Part shown: positions 39,681 through 54,120 of the stretch, in pieces
Numbering within the stretch: position 1 is the stretch's first letter
Layout: each line of letters opens with the position of its first letter
DNA from: Vicugna vicugna
Lineage: Eukaryota
Length of the DNA stretch: 64,000 nt
Direction of reading: 5' to 3'
NCBI GenBank assembly: GCA_013265495.1
Contig: MU058475.1
Span: forward strand, 1 to 64,000
Notes under the pieces: model-generated
Database searches by the model: none
The model's input: the letters and a program-made list of their open reading frames with translations, nothing else
Told to the model about the DNA's origin: nothing
Position numbers and translations under genes: made by a program

Positions 39681-40103
39681 CCAACCTGAGCCCCTCAGCC
39701 CTTCATCTCACGACACACGGCACGCGCAGATGTCCCCAGAGCCCCCGAAAGCCGTCCTCGTACTGTCCCTGCTTCCCCTAAGGACTCCGCCTGCCCTGCG
39801 CGCCCTGCCCGCAGGCGACCCGGCTCCAGCGGCGCGCGGGGCAGGCAGGACGCGAGGCCGGGTGGCTTTTGGATTGCTGGCCTTCTGCTCCAGCTGTTCT
39901 TTCGAGGGGTGTCTGTTGGGGTGCCTGCCCCGCCCCGAGCCGGTCACCCGCTTCTGCGGGACGTTTCCTCTCTTTCCCCTCCCCCATCGGGCCCCCGACC
40001 TCCCATCGGCCAGGTTACTGCTGGGGCGCCCCTTCACCTGGCTGTCGCTTACAAGACCAGGGACAGAGCCTTGACTCAAGCTAGGCCAACCCGATTTTCT
40101 TAC

Positions 40104-40476
40104 TCCTAGCATTGCCAGTTAGAGCTGAGAGGAGTCGGAGCTGCTGCCTAAGGCTAGCTGAGACGTTTAGATTTGGAGCTGACGGGATCTATTCTCTAAA
40201 GCAGGCTAGACAAGCAGAGAAAACCATCCCACAAAGGCAAGAGCAAAGCAGACATTCAGGGAGGAGGGTGGCGAGCAGCGGGGGCGGTCCCTGGGCCCTT
40301 GGGCCCTCGCTCGGTCCCTCCCTGAGGCCCAGCTGCATCTCCCACGCCAGACACTGGGCTCCCCTTCTTGGCTTGGCTGAAGCTGGTCGGGCTGCAGTCC
40401 TCGTGGTGACAGCCACATCTCTAACATACCTCCTTCTCTTAATGTAGCCAAATATCTCTAAACACGAATTTTGTAC
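40104..40476 (-). pseudogene. Two candidate exons (40476-40430, 40205-40104)
   Basis: gttgttttcag|...GAG|gtatgt (phase 1-0, GTKFVFRDIWLH*EKE) and ttttctctgcttgtctag|...GGA|gtaaga (needs a frameshift to chain). Confidence 0.55.
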
Positions 40477-40991
40477 CTGAAAACAACCTTCATGATCCAA
40501 AATCGTGTATCCATTTCTTAGATCAGGTACAAGAATGCTAATTTCCTCTTGGGTAGAATAAAAATAGTATGAGCTATGTGTATGTTCTTTGTGTTAATGA
40601 GACTGGGGTCCCAGTTCCAGCTCTGCCGCTTACCTGCTGTGCGATGTTGGGCAAGTTTCTTGTCTCTCTCAGCCTTGGTCTCCTCATCCATCACACTCAG
40701 GTGGTGACAGCATCACGTGGACAGGTTGCTGTGAGAAACTCACTTCACAAACGGTGTGGCAGTGTGTACCCATCCACAGTCTCAGCACCGGTCTTTGTTC
40801 AGGTGACAGAGTGTGACGCCATTTGTTTAACTACTTACATATATTTGCACTGGAAAAAAAATAATCCAGATCTAAAGATGGCAAAATTAGCTCTTTGGGT
40901 GAGTTGAACGTTTTTATCTTTTTGTCTCTATTTTCTCATTTTTGAACCAAAACTGCATTTTACTTATATCAAAGGAATTGAGGGAAAATAC

Positions 40992-41157
40992 CTTCCTCAG
41001 TGAAGGGCCAGAAATCTTTTTGTTAGAGACGTTTTGGGAAGAGTGCCATACTGTAACCTTTGAAGTTGGATGTAAACTTAAGGATCGTTTGACTTAAACA
41101 TTTCTCCTTATGAAAAGACTGAAACGCTAATTGTATACATATTTTGTGAATATAGAT
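40992..41157 (-). pseudogene. Candidate exon (166 nt, phase 0-1)
   Basis: gttgcag| ... AAG|gtattt; 55 codons with a single TAA despite AT-rich sequence: IYIHKICIQLAFQSFHKEKCLSQTILKFTSNFKGYSMALFPKRL*QKDFWPFTEE. Confidence 0.6.
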
Positions 41158-41189
41158 CTGCAACGTTGAAATGCATCAAAAAATCAGAA

Positions 41190-41355
41190 GGTGGGGGAGG
41201 GTATGGCTCAGTGGTAGAGCACTTGCTTAACATGCATGAGGTCCTGGGTTCAATCCCCAGGACTTCCACTAAAACAAACAAACAAACAAACAAACCTAAT
41301 TACCTCTCTCTCTAAAAATAGCAGAAATAAATAAAATAAAAAATAAATTTTAAAA
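41190..41355 (+). mobile_element. Vic-1-like SINE
   Basis: gggggagggtatggctcagtggtagagcacttgcttaacatgcatgaggtcctgggttcaatcccc. Confidence 0.9.
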
Positions 41356-42224
41356 CATCAGCTGAATTGGAGGGTAGGTCAAGGGATGGACAGGTGGGTG
41401 GATCAGTGACAAAGCAGGTATAGTAATGTTAGTGGTGGGGGACTCTAGGTGGCAGGTGGATGGGTGTTCGTGTATAATTTGTTTTTAATTTTTTATTATT
41501 TTAATTAATTAATTTTTATTTTTATTTAATTTTTTAATTTTTTCATAATTCTCGAACATTCTTTATGCTTGAGGTTTTTCATAATAAAATATTGGGGAAA
41601 TTCACAAATACATAGAGATTCTGATAGCCCAAGTGGTGCAGAAGTAGATGGAAGGAAAAGTACAAGTTCCCTTGGCGTCTAACCTCCGTTCTGCCTTCCC
41701 TCCCCACAGGCAACCTCTGTAAATGTGTAGCGTAACCCCTTAAACATCATCCCTTCACTTTTTTAGAACAGATCAGTCCCCGAGCCCCAGAGACATTCTA
41801 GTTCTTGCCAAGACCTCACTGCAAGTTAGGAGGCTTCTGTCCCTGGGTCTGAGTCCCCATCGCTATTCTCCCTGTCACCCTGGGCTTTGCCGGCTGCCTG
41901 CTGTCCCTTCACCCAACGGCAAAGGTGTCACAGAGCCACCCAAGCTCGTAAAGCAATCTCAGCCCTGCTCAACCAAAGACTCTTGACGGAAGCAAATTTA
42001 TCATCCCAGTGACAAGAGTTTTTCTCGCCAGCATGAAATTCAAAACTAGACTCCAGCCACAGATGTGTGATGTGTGCGCCCGCGCTAACTGATAATGTTC
42101 AAATACCCGCAAAGCCACTGCAACTTCTCGAAATGAGGAGGCGCAAAAAATGATCGCAAGAGATTAACATACCCAGAAACTGGAGTGTAAAGAGTTCTTA
42201 CAAACTAATAAGAGAAGCGGATTT

Positions 42225-42381
42225 TTTAAAAAAATGTTTTCCCTTTTTTGTTCTTAAGCAGGGGTAGGCAATTTCAGGTTTATTTATTTGTCTATTTTTT
42301 TAAACAGAGGTACTGGGGATTGAACCCAGAACCTTGTGCATGCTAGGCATGCACTCCACCACTGAGCTATACCCTCCTCCC
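42225..42381 (-). mobile_element. Vic-1-like SINE with TSD
   Basis: aagagaagYggattt flanks it at ~42210 and ~42382. Confidence 0.88.
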
Positions 42382-42733
42382 AAGAGAAGTGGATTTAATG
42401 ATCACCAGAGGATGCGGCAGCCCATCACAAGAGGCAAAGTTTACCCAGTAAGCTTATTCCACACACGTCCCACAAAAAATAAAGTTCTGTTCACTAGTGA
42501 ACAAAGAAAAGCATTGAAGTCAACAACCAATGCCCTTTTCCACCCATCAAATTTCTAAGGGAAAAAATGACGATGCCAGTGTGGGGAGGGCCCACCCAGC
42601 CCCCTGCTGTCTCCACGCATCTCCTTCTCTCCTTCCCTTCACTTTTTTATTCATTTCTTCATTTTTTTTTTCCTGCAGCTGGGAATTAGCAGCCTACCGA
42701 CCTCATTTTCTTCCAGTCATAGAAGTCACTTAC

Positions 42734-42813
42734 TTGGCTCCACAGCCAAAGGGAATTCGTCCATGTTTGGGGCAATGCCAGCTGCACATTAGGCCAGTAT
42801 GGAGAGTTACACG
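42734..42813 (-). pseudogene. Candidate exon (80 nt, phase 1-0)
   Basis: ttaactcccttag| ... CAA|gtaagt; open frame CNSPYWPNVQLALPQTWTNSLWLWSQ. Confidence 0.65.
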
Positions 42814-43556
42814 CTAAGGGAGTTAATTCTACAGGAATTAGCACAAGCATTACATCCCAGTAGAGATCTGGTCTAGAAAATAGGTCAGCAGGAGACACCA
42901 CATCCTTTTAGCAAAAGTGCAACCTTCCCACTCTCTTGATGCTCTCAAAGCAAAAATGCTCTCTTCCTCCCAAGAAAGGAGTTGGTAAGAAAATAGCACG
43001 AACGCTACAGGTGCAGCAGCCTCCCTCATCCCCCGTTTCCCCTCCAGGCGGCACTTTATTGCTGAGTCATGGGTGGGAACATCTGTCCAAACATTTGGGA
43101 GACCTGAGAGGGCAGACCAGCAGGGGAAGAACACACTCCGTTGCAGGCCTGTCTGCAGCTGAGACCGGTATGTCCAACTTAAACACACATACACACACAC
43201 GTGCACAATTAGGGCGTTAGTAGAGAGATCTTAACATTTCAGAGTTTGCCAAAGCAAACATAATTTCATTCACTTATTCATTCACTATTGGGCATCTACT
43301 AAGTTCTAGACACTAGAAATACGCCAGTGAAAAAGACACACACGGCCCCTTCCCAGAGCTCGCATTCTAGCGAAGGAAACACAAACACAGGGAACTCTGT
43401 TCAGTACCTTGTAATAACCTACAATGAAAAAGAACATATAGATATATGTAGAACTGAATCGCTTTGCTGTACACTTGAGACTAACACAACATTGTAAACG
43501 TGCTTCAATACAAAAGAAAAGAAAAAAGGGGGGAAAAAGAAAATACAATAAACATG

Positions 43557-44180
43557 ATTGTTCTAGGAAGGCTTCTGTAGTAAAATGTCTCCTATTTTCT
43601 GTATTCTGGTGCTTTGACATCTGGACAACACCTGGAGCGACTGCTCTTCCCAGGACTAGCCAATTCCTAGAGAGAAAATTACCTCGCCTTTTCAGATGCA
43701 AACCAGCCTCCCCAGAGCCCACCCCCCTGACTCAGGATCACTGTTACCTGCTCTAATCCACAGCCCGACAGCTAGGGACACCCCCACACCTAGAGTCCAC
43801 TGAATGATCCAAACTAGCACATCTGGAGGTGGGGAGGGTAACAGCTCAGTGGTAGAGCACATGCTTAGTATGCATGAGGTCCTGGGTTCAGTCCCCACTC
43901 CCTCCATAAAATTTAAAAAAACAAAAGAAGAAGAAGAAGAATGCAGACTAGCACATTTGGCGCCTGCTTGCCCTGTCTCGCCCTCTCCTTCCCACGGAAA
44001 CCTTAATAAAGACCCATGCCTACATTTTCCCCTTGCTTCCTCTGCCTCCTGACAAAATTGGTACTTCCCCCAGTGGCTCTGCATAGCTTGGCCTGCCTCC
44101 TGTTTCTTGGAAACTTTTGTATAAAAACTTCTTTCTTCGTGATAGTCAGTTCCATGTCTGAGTGTCTTATCCCATCTGAT
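43557..44180 (+). mobile_element. ERV LTR with nested Vic-1-like SINE (~43827-43940)
   Basis: LTR-like sequence with AATAAA near 44005; SINE flanked by an actagcacatYtgg duplication. Confidence 0.6.
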
Positions 44181-44844
44181 TAAAGCAGGTCCTGGGTCCC
44201 CTCTGCCACATGGAGCTTTACCTGCTCTCTGAAGAGTGAAGGAGCCAACATGTCCGGAGGTGGGGAGGCTGGACCGTGGGCAGTGGGGACAACATGAGCA
44301 AAGAAAGGCCTTAAGGTGGGAGAGAGACTGGCTTCTCTGAGGGCCTGGAAGAGACATTTGGGGCCAGAACATGGCTAGCAGGCAGTGCGTCCTCCATGAG
44401 CACATTCTGTACTGAGATCTGGGAAGCCTGTGGTACCCGGAACTCCTTCTTGGAGTCCTTAAGGTGAGGAGCTGTGGTACAAAGCCATACAGAATATCCT
44501 CATGGGCTCCAGGCACCCCCGAGAGGTCCTCCCACAACCACAGTGAGAGGGGTGGGTCTGTGCCCCTAGACAGGACATTGCCTGAGTTAGCACCACAAAC
44601 TACCCGACAGGCGAAAATGCTTTTAGAACTGCCATAGAAAGGATTTAACAGGATATTTTACCAGTTAGCACGGCATTAAATAAATAAAGCAGAAAGACTC
44701 TTTCAAATATTAAACACCCATGCCCATTTGCCATCAGTTTTCTCATTAAAAAAAAAAATCTGTTGCCTGAGGATTTGGCAATTGAGCCATCTTTGAGGAC
44801 TGAGCAGTGGTTGGTGTATAGTGCCAGGCACTGTCCTGGGCAAT

Positions 44845-46690
44845 TTTTTTCATTTTTACTTTTTAAAAATGTATAATATAAATCCAGCAAAGTATCAGAT
44901 CCTAAGTGTACAGCTCAAGGAATTTTCACATACTGAGTGCACTTGTATATTCCACATCCTGATTAAGAAACAGCGTTACCAGTGACCCAGAAGCTCCTCA
45001 GAATCTTCCTTCGGCCACTATACCCAGCCTGCATCATCACTATCCTAAGTTTTCTTACTGAAGTGAACTTGACAAGGGGAAGGCTACTGCTCAAGTGGTA
45101 GAGCACGTGCTTAGCATGCGTGAGGTCCTGGGTTCAATCCCCAGTACCTCCTCTACAAATAAATAAAACCTAATTACCTCCTCCCTCACCAAAATTAAAT
45201 AATACAGTAAGTAAATAAAATATTTTTAAAAAGAAATCGATATAATATTAATGATTTTAAAACAAACAATTCGATGGCTTTTAGTGCATTCACAGTGTTG
45301 TGCAACCACCATCTCTACTTAGTTCCAAGCCATCACTTTATAGTAAAACCACATACCCAGTAAGCAGCTATTCCCTGTGACCCCTCTACCCTCAGTTCCT
45401 GGTGACTACTTATCTGCTTTCTGTTTCTACAGATTTAACCATGCTGGATATTTCACATAAGTTGGAATCATACAATATGTGACCTTCTGTGCCTGGCCTC
45501 TTTCATTTAGTATAAGATTTTCCAGATTCATCCACATTACAGGATGTATCAGTGCTTCATTCTTTTTCATGGCTGAATAATAGCCCACTGTATGGATAGA
45601 CTACATTCTATTTATACATTCATATGTCGACAGGTTAGGGTCACTTTTTGGCTATTATGAAAGAGTGTTGCTATGAATATTCATGTACCAGTATTTGAGT
45701 ACCTGCTTTCCAATCTTTTGGGTATATACAGGGGAGTGTAATTTCTAAGCCATATGGTAATTCTATATTTAACTTTTTGAGGAACTGCAAAAATGTCTTC
45801 CAAAGTGGCTATACCACTTAACATTCCCACCAGCCATGTATGAGCATTTTGATTTCTCCATATACTTGTTAATAGTTTTTCTGGTCTCTTTTCACATCTT
45901 ACTGGAGATGAAGTTGCATCTCATTGCAGTTCTTATTTGTATTTCCAGGATGACTAGTGATGTGGAGCATCATGCACTTATTAGCCATTTTATCTTTTTT
46001 CCTGGGGAATAGTCTATTTAAATCCTTTGCCTATTTTTAATTACTTTTTTTTTCATTTTAATTGCAGTATAGTCAGTTACACTGCATCAGTTTCTGGTAT
46101 ACAGCAGAATGTCTCAGACACGCATATACATACATACATTCATTTGCATATTCCTTTTCATTAAAGGTTATTATAAGATATTGAATATAGTTCCCTCTAC
46201 TATACCAAAGAAATTTATTTTTTATCTATTTTTAAACATAGTGGTTAACATTTGCAAATCTCAAACACTCAAATTTATTCCTTTCCACCCCTTTTCCCCC
46301 GGTAACCACAAGATTGTTTACTATGTCTGCGAGTCTGTTTCTGTTTTGTAGATGAGTTCATTAGTGTCCTCTTTTTCTCTTTTTATGTTATTTATTTTTT
46401 ATTGTTGAATTTCAGGAATCATTTACCCATTCTGGATGCAAACCTCCTATCAGCTATATGACTGGAAAATATTTTCTTCCATTTTGTGGGTTGTCTTTTC
46501 ATCTTTTGAAAATTTTTTTTATTTTGGGGAGGGAGGTAATCATTTTATTTCTTCATTTCTTTAAATAGAGGTACAAGGGATTGAACTCGAGAACCTCACA
46601 CATGCTAAGCACATGCTCTACTACTGAGCTATATACACTCTCCCCCCTTTCCATCTTCTTGATGGTGTCCTTTGAAGCACAACATTTTTA
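44845..46690 (-). mobile_element. Old L1 3' region with nested SINEs (~45075, ~46510) and an L1 tail (~46045-46380); continues at 54150-54470
   Basis: Antisense ORF2/3'UTR motifs (aactttttgaggaactgc, acattcccaccagc, ttcttgatggtgtcctttgaagcac). Confidence 0.8.
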
Positions 46691-46699
46691 GTGTTGAAG

Positions 46700-47577
46700 T
46701 TCCAGTTCAAGATGATGACATAGGAGGATCCTGAACTCAGCTCCTCCCATGGGCACATAATCTATAGCTACATGCAGAACAATTGCCTCTGGGAAAAAAA
46801 AAAAAAACCAAACCAGTCTGAATATCTCCTACACCTTGAGCAAATGAGAAAAAGCCCACATCTAAGTAGGTAGGAGGAAATGAGATATCACCTCACATCA
46901 GAATGTCAAAATGGGCATCATTAAAAATTCTACAAATGATAAATGTTGGAGAGGGTGTGGAGAAAAGGGAACCATCCTACACTGTTGGTGGGAACGTAAT
47001 TTGGTGCAACCACTATGGAAAACAGCAGGGAGATTCCTTAAGAAACTGAAAAAAAAATGTACCCTATGATCCAGCAATCCCACTTCTGGACAAATATCTG
47101 AAGGAAACTCTAATTCAAATAGAACCGTACTAAATAGTTCATAGCAGCACTATTTACAATAGCCGAGACATGGAAGCAAACTAAATGTCCATCAACAGAT
47201 GACTGGATAAAGAAGTTGTGGTATATATATAGACAATAGAACACCACTCAGCCATAAAAAAGAATAAAATAATGCCATTTGCAGCAACATGGATGGACAT
47301 GGAGATTGGTATACTAAATGCAGGAAGCCAGAAAGAAAAAGAAAAATACCACATGATATCACTTGTATGTGGACTCTAGAAAAAGGACACGAATGAATTT
47401 ATTTATGATAAAAAGACAGACTCGCAGGCACAGAAAACAACCTTATTATGGGGAGAGATAAACTGAGAGTTTGGGATTTGCAGGTACAAATTACTGTATA
47501 TAAAACAGATAAACAGCAGGTCCTACTGTAAAGCACAGGGAACCATAATACCTTGTAGTGACCTGTAATAAAAAAGA

Positions 47578-47614
<37 letters not shown>

Positions 47615-50600
47615 ACTGAATCACTATGCGGTATACCAGAGACCAACACAACATGGTAATTCGACTACACTTTAATTAAAAAAAAAAAGTGTGTAGGGAG
47701 AGGCTGAGACTCAGTCTCACCATCAACCCCACCCCCAACATGGTGACCCACAAACTCACATCCCCGAGTTTCTCCCTGAGGAGGGAAAGATCTGAACCCC
47801 ACACCTGGGCCCCTCTAGTTTTGAGACTTGCACCTGAGAGATGAGCCCCCCAAACATCCAGATTTGAAAACCAACTGGGCTTGTGCCCATGAGACCCACA
47901 TGGCTGTAGTGACCTAAGAAACAGTCCTTCCAGGGCTTCCCCCACACTTTCTGAGAAAGAGGCCAATAGATTTATCTTAAAGCATCAGCCTGAGGGGCAG
48001 ACTTCTGATTCAGCTCACATCCAGGGACTTGGAGGCTGGCAGGGGCCACCTTGGCACTCCCTCTGCCTCGCTTCAGGTTGCCAGTACCTCCCAGAGGGGA
48101 GCTTGTACCCTCATTTGACACCCAACTTTTTCAGCTGCCATCCAGGGGACAACTCTCAATTGCCTGGCTCTGCTGACCAGTGGGGCTGATGCTTGTGGGT
48201 CCCACAGGACTATTACAAATGGAGAAGGGGTTTTAAACAGCCAGCACCCAAAGCACAGCAGAGGTAAATGGACTGAGGGCCCAGCCACTCTGTGAAGGAG
48301 GCAGGTCTACCAGGTCATCTTCAGAGCTGCAGCCTGAGGGGCAGACTCTTTATTAACACATATCTAAGGATCGACTAATTCTTTCCAGAGACCTGGAGGG
48401 CAGGCACTGACTTCACACTCTCCTCTGCCACACTCCAGAGTGCACGTATCCCCCAGAGAGGAGCTGTCCACATCCGGTGCCCCAGTTTTCACATCTGGCT
48501 TCCTGGTTTGTACATGCAGTGCCCTGGTTTTTGTGGCTGCTGCCCAGGGGGTGCCCCTGTGTCCCTTGGCTTTAGTGGCCAGCGGGGCTTGCATTTGTAG
48601 GTCCCATGGGACTGGAACAAACAGAGAGACAGTTCTTGGCCAGCTGCCCCCTGGGGCACAGCACAGACACAGCAGACTAAAACTCACCCTGTCTTTCTGC
48701 AAAGGGGGCCTATTAGCTTATCTTCACGACTCTGTTCTGAAGGGTAGGCTTCTAATTAAATGTGTATCTAGAGGATGATTGCAATCCTCTCTAGAGACCA
48801 GGGAGGCCGGTTGGTGCTCTCTTCACACTCTCCCTCTGCCCCGCCCAAGGTCATTAGTGTCTCCAAGAGCGAAGATTGTGTACACATCTGGTTTTTGTGT
48901 CTGCTGCCCAGAAGACACATTCCTTGATAGCCTGGCTCTGGTAGCCAGTGGGGTTGTATTCACAGGGTTCAACAAGATAGAAGCAAACAAAGAAACAGTT
49001 CTTAACTGGCTACTACCCAGGCCTCAGCGAAGTGGGAGTAGACAAAAATGCCCATCTCCCAGGCTTCCCTGTGAAGGAAGTACATTTACATACTTTAGAA
49101 GCTGCTGTCAGGATCTGGCTTCCAATCAGCCTGCATCTGGGTGCTAAGATTCTCCCTTTTGGGACACTGATGGGTTTTGACACACTCTCACCTCCTGGGA
49201 GCTACTAAGACTAAAGTAGACTGTCTGGACAATCATAAAAGCTTGAGAGACAACCAAGAGCTAGGACAGGGTTGAGAAACAAGGTTCATCTCCTACATGA
49301 AGCCACTCCTTCAAGACTGGGAGAGGTGGCCATTTTATCCCATGCATAGAAACCAATACAGAGAGTCAAGGGAAATGAAAAAATAAGGAATATGTTCCAA
49401 ATGGAAAAAAAAAAACTCACAAGATAAAACCTCAGAAAAAGACCTTAATGATATGGAAATAAGTGATTTACCTGATAAGAGTTCAAAATAATGGTCATAA
49501 AGATGCTAATCATCCTTAGGAAAAGAATGAATGAACAAAGTGAGAATTTCAACAGAGGTGGAAAATTTAAGATAGTACCAAAAGAAATCACAGAGCTAAA
49601 GAATACAATAACTGTACTGAAAAATACACTAGAGAGGTTCAACAGCAGGCTATATAAAGCAGAAGAAAGAATCGGTGAACTCTAATACAGGGAAGTTGCA
49701 ACTCACTTAATCAGAGCAGCAGAAAGAAAAAAGAATGAAGAAGGATGAAGATGGTATAAGGGACTTATGGGAGTGGAACCATATATTCAAAGGGATGAAA
49801 GAAAAAAATTGCAACCAAGAATACTCTACCCAACAAAGTTGTCCTTCAGAATTGCAGGAGAGAGAAAGAGTTTTCTACACAAGGAAAAGCTAAAGGAGGT
49901 CATCACCATTAAACCTGCCTTACAAGAAATGTGAACAGGACTTCTTTAAGCTGAAACAAAAGGGCACTAATCAGTAACAGGAAAACATATAAAAGTATAA
50001 ATCTCACCAGTAAGATTCATAATAATCTAATGCTGTAAACATGGTGGGTTAGTCACTTATAAAGCTTGTATAAAGGTTAAAAGATAAAAATAGTGAGTAA
50101 TAATAATAATAACTACAACTACAATGACTTGTTAATGGATATACAAGATAAAAAGATGTAAATTGTGACACCAAAAGCATAAAACATGGTGGGGAAGTAA
50201 AAGTGTAGATTTTAAGAATACACTTAAACTTAAGTTATTATCAACTTAAACCATTACAGTTGTTTTATGGAAGCCTCATAGTAACCTCAAAGCAAAGCCC
50301 TACAGTAGACAGACAAAAGTTAAAGAGAAAGGAATAGAAGCATACTGTTACAGAAAATTATTAAATCACAAAAGAAGAGAGCAAGAGAAGAAGGGATCCA
50401 AGGACTTAGAAAATAGCCAGAAAACAATGAACAAAATGGAAACAAGTTCATATATATCAATAATGACTTTAAATGTTAATGGACTAAATTCTCCAATCAA
50501 AAGACACAGAGTGGCTGAATGGAAAAAAAAATTGATATGCTGCCTGCAAGAGACTCACTTCAGATATAAGGACACACACAGACTGCAAGTGAAAAGATGG

Positions 50601-53600
50601 GAAAATAAATTCCATGGAAAAAGAAACCAAAAGAAAGCTGGGGTAGCTGTACTTTTATCAGACAGAATAGAGTTTAAGAAAAAGACTGTAATAAGAAACA
50701 AAGGAGGGGGTTATATAGTTGTAAAGGAGTCAATCCAACAAGAGGATATAACACTTGTAAATATTTATGCACCCAGCATAGAAGCACCTAAATATATAAG
50801 GCAAATATTAACAGCCCTAAGGGAGAACTAGACAGCAATACAATAGTAGAGGACTTTAAAATTCCACTTTCAACAATGAATAGATCATCACAGAAAATCA
50901 ATATGGAAACATTGGCCTTAAACATAGTAGACCAGATAGACTTATCAGACATTTACAGAATACTCCATCCAAAAGCAACAGAATGCACATTCTTCTCAGT
51001 CACACGTGGAATGGTCTCCATGATAAATTATCATAAAACAAGTCTTTATAAATTTAAGGAAGTTAAAATCATATCAAGAATCTTTTTAGACTACAGTGAT
51101 ATAAAACTACAGTAATGATATAAAGCTGTGTGTAATTATGATCACAATTTAAAAAACTAAAAAATCCACAAATATATGGAGATTAAACAGCACAATATTG
51201 AACAATGAATGCATCAAAGAAGAAATAAAAAAAGAAATAAAAATTTCTCAAGACAAATGAAAATGGAAATATAACACACCAAAATGTATGGGATGCAGCA
51301 AAAGCAGTTCTAAGAGGAAAGTTCATAGCAATAGATGTCTGCATCAAGAAACAAGAAAAATCTCAAACAAGCAACCTAGTTTTACAACTCAAGGAACTAG
51401 GAAAAGAAGACCAAATGAAGCCCAAAGTTAGTAGGAGGAAGGAAATAACAAAGATTAGAGTGGAAATAAAGACTGAAAAGACAATAGAAAAGATCAATGA
51501 CACTAAGAGCTGGGGTTTTTTTTTAAGATAAACAAAATTGACAAAACTTCAGCTAGATTCATCAAGAAAAAAGAGATGACTCAAATAAAATCAGAAAGAA
51601 AAGAAGAGACATTACAACTGATACCACAGAAATACAAAAGATCATAAGGAACTACTATACACCAAAAAATTAGACAACTTAGAAGAAATGGATAAATTCT
51701 TAAAAAGATTGAATCAGTAATCAAAAACCTCCCCAAACCCAAAAGTCTTGGACAGATGGCTTCACTGGTGAATTCTGCCAAACATTCGAAGAAGAATTTA
51801 TAGCAATCCTTCTCAAACTCTTCCAGAAAAACTAGAAGAGGAAGGAATTCTGCCAAACTTATTTTGTGAGGCTAGCTTTAACCCTGCTACCAAAACCAAA
51901 CAAGGATATTACAAGAAAAGAAAACCACAGGCAAATATCCCTGATGAACATAAATGTAAAAATCTTCAACAAAATATTAACAAACCGAATTCAACAATAC
52001 ATTAAAAGGTCTATAAACCATAAATAGGTAGGACTTATTCCTAGGATGCAAGGATGGTTCAACATCCAAAAATCAATGTGATATACCACATTAGCAAAAT
52101 GAAGGATAAAATCACATGATCATCTCCATAGATGCAGAAAAAGTACTTGACAAAGTTTAGTATCTATGATTTAAAAAAACTTTCAACAAAGTGGTTATAG
52201 AAGGAATGTACCTCAACATAATAAAAGCCATATATGACATACCCACAACTAACATCATACTTAACAGTGAAAAGCTGAAAGCTTTTCCTCTAAGATCAGG
52301 AACAAGACAATGATGCCCACTCTTGCCAGTTTTATTCAGCATAGTATTGGAAGTCCTGGCCATAGCAATTAGACAGGAAAAAAGAAATAAAAATCATCTG
52401 AATCAGAGAGAAAGAAGTAAAACTGTCAATATTTGCTGATGACATGACATTATATATAGAAACCCTAAAGACTTCCTCAAAAAATTGTAGCTCTAAAAAA
52501 TGAATTCAGTAAAGTTCCAGGATACAAAATCACTACACAAAAATTTGTTGCATTTTTATATACATGAAATAATAAGCTCCCAGCACAGAGCTCCATAAAT
52601 TCCTAAGTGATGAGAGCACTAAAGATCATCTCTTGTTCTATTATTTCTCTTTGACTTCTTCCCTGACACAGGGCTCCAAACCCACTGCAAATCCCTAAGT
52701 GGTAAGAGCACTAGGAGCATCATTCATTCCACTGAGATGACTCTGGATGTCTGGATGGGTGCTCGTCACCAGAAAAACTGAGCAATGACTAGAAGCTTGC
52801 AAATGTCAGCCTTACCCCTCAATTTCCAGAGAAGGGAGAAAGTCTAGAAACAGAATCAATAATTAACCATGTCTGTGAGGAAGCTTCCATAAAATCCTAA
52901 CAGTACAGGATTTGGAAAGCTTTCTGGTTGGCAAAACACCCACACTTGGAGCATGATGCACCCTAAATTCAGGGACAGAAACTCCTGCACTTTGAACACT
53001 TAATATCCACAATACATAAAGAACTCACACAACTCAATAGTAAAAAAAAAAAAAATCAATTTAAAAATGAGCAGAAGATCTGAATGGACATTCTTCCAAA
53101 GAAGATATATGGATGAGCAACAGGTACATGAAAAGATGCTCAACATCACTATTCACCAGAAAACTGCAAATCAAAACCACAGTGAGATATCTTATACCTG
53201 TTAGTATGGCTATTATCAAAAAGAAAGAAGTAACAAGTGTTGGCAAGGATGTGGAGAAAAGGAACTCCTGTGTACTGTTGGTGGGAATGTAAGTTGGTGC
53301 AGCCCCTACGGAAAACAGTATGGAGGTTCCTCAAAAAAATTACAAATAGAACTGCCATATGATCCAGCAACTTCTCTTTGGGATATTCATCCAAAAGAAA
53401 ACAAAAAGAATAACTCAGAAAGATATATGTGCCCCCACGTTCATTGTAGCCTTCTTTACAGTAGGCATTGAATCAGCCTTGGTGTCCATCAATGGATAAA
53501 TGGATAAAGAAATATATATATTTGTAATGTATATATAATGGTACATTATTCATAAGAAAGAAGGAAATCTTGCCATTTATGACAACATAGTTGAACTGTT

Positions 53601-54120
53601 GAAGGCATTATGCTAAATGAAATAAGTCAGATAAAGATAAATACCATATGATCTCACTTATACGTGGAATCTAAAAAAACAAAACCAAAAACAAACTCAC
53701 AGATACAGAATACAGATTAGTGGTTGTCAGAGGAAGTGTGGGGAGGTGGGTGAAATGGATGAGAGTGGTCAAAAGCTAAAAACTTCCAGTTATGAAATAA
53801 GTGAGTCCTGGGCATGCAATGTACAGTGTGGTGACGATAGTTAATAACACTTTATTGTATATTTGTTAGGAGAGCAGATTTTAAAAGTTCTCATTACGAG
53901 AAAAAAAAACTGTAAATGTGTGGTGATGAATGTTAACAAGACTTTTGTGGTGATCACTTTGTAATATATATAATATTGAATCCGTCTGTGGTACACAGGA
54001 AATGAATATAATATGTCAACTGTATCTCAATTAAAAATAAAAAGAAGATTTGACACAACATTGTAAAATGACTATAACTCAATAAAAAAATGTTAAAAAA
54101 ATAATTTAAACATTTTTTTA
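46700..54120 (+). mobile_element. Near full-length decayed L1 (5'UTR, ORF1, ORF2) with nested younger L1 fragment (~46880-47690) and MER21-like piece (~52570-53000)
   Basis: 5' start ttccagttcaagatg; ORF1 fragment 49491-49685; endonuclease motifs TLNVNGLNSPIKR, CCLQETH and NIYAP at 50427-50831; RT region 51900-52550; 3'UTR to ~54050. Confidence 0.93.
47579..47611. repeat. (TG)n microsatellite
   Basis: Direct observation. Confidence 0.95.

Noticed and set aside
41190..41270. tRNA-like sequences (here and at other SINE heads)
   Set aside because: Diverged, followed by A-rich tails and often TSDs: tRNA-derived SINEs rather than tRNA genes.
37649..42813. Eyeball resemblance of the hidden protein to the ENPP nuclease-like domain (e.g. 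AR...SLDF, AF...KF.S..KG)
   Set aside because: Too few identities, and the exon boundaries do not fit ENPP1-3 as I recall them. Not assigned without an HMM or structure search.
43692..44537. 281-aa minus-strand ORF
   Set aside because: Runs through an LTR and a SINE; no coding features.
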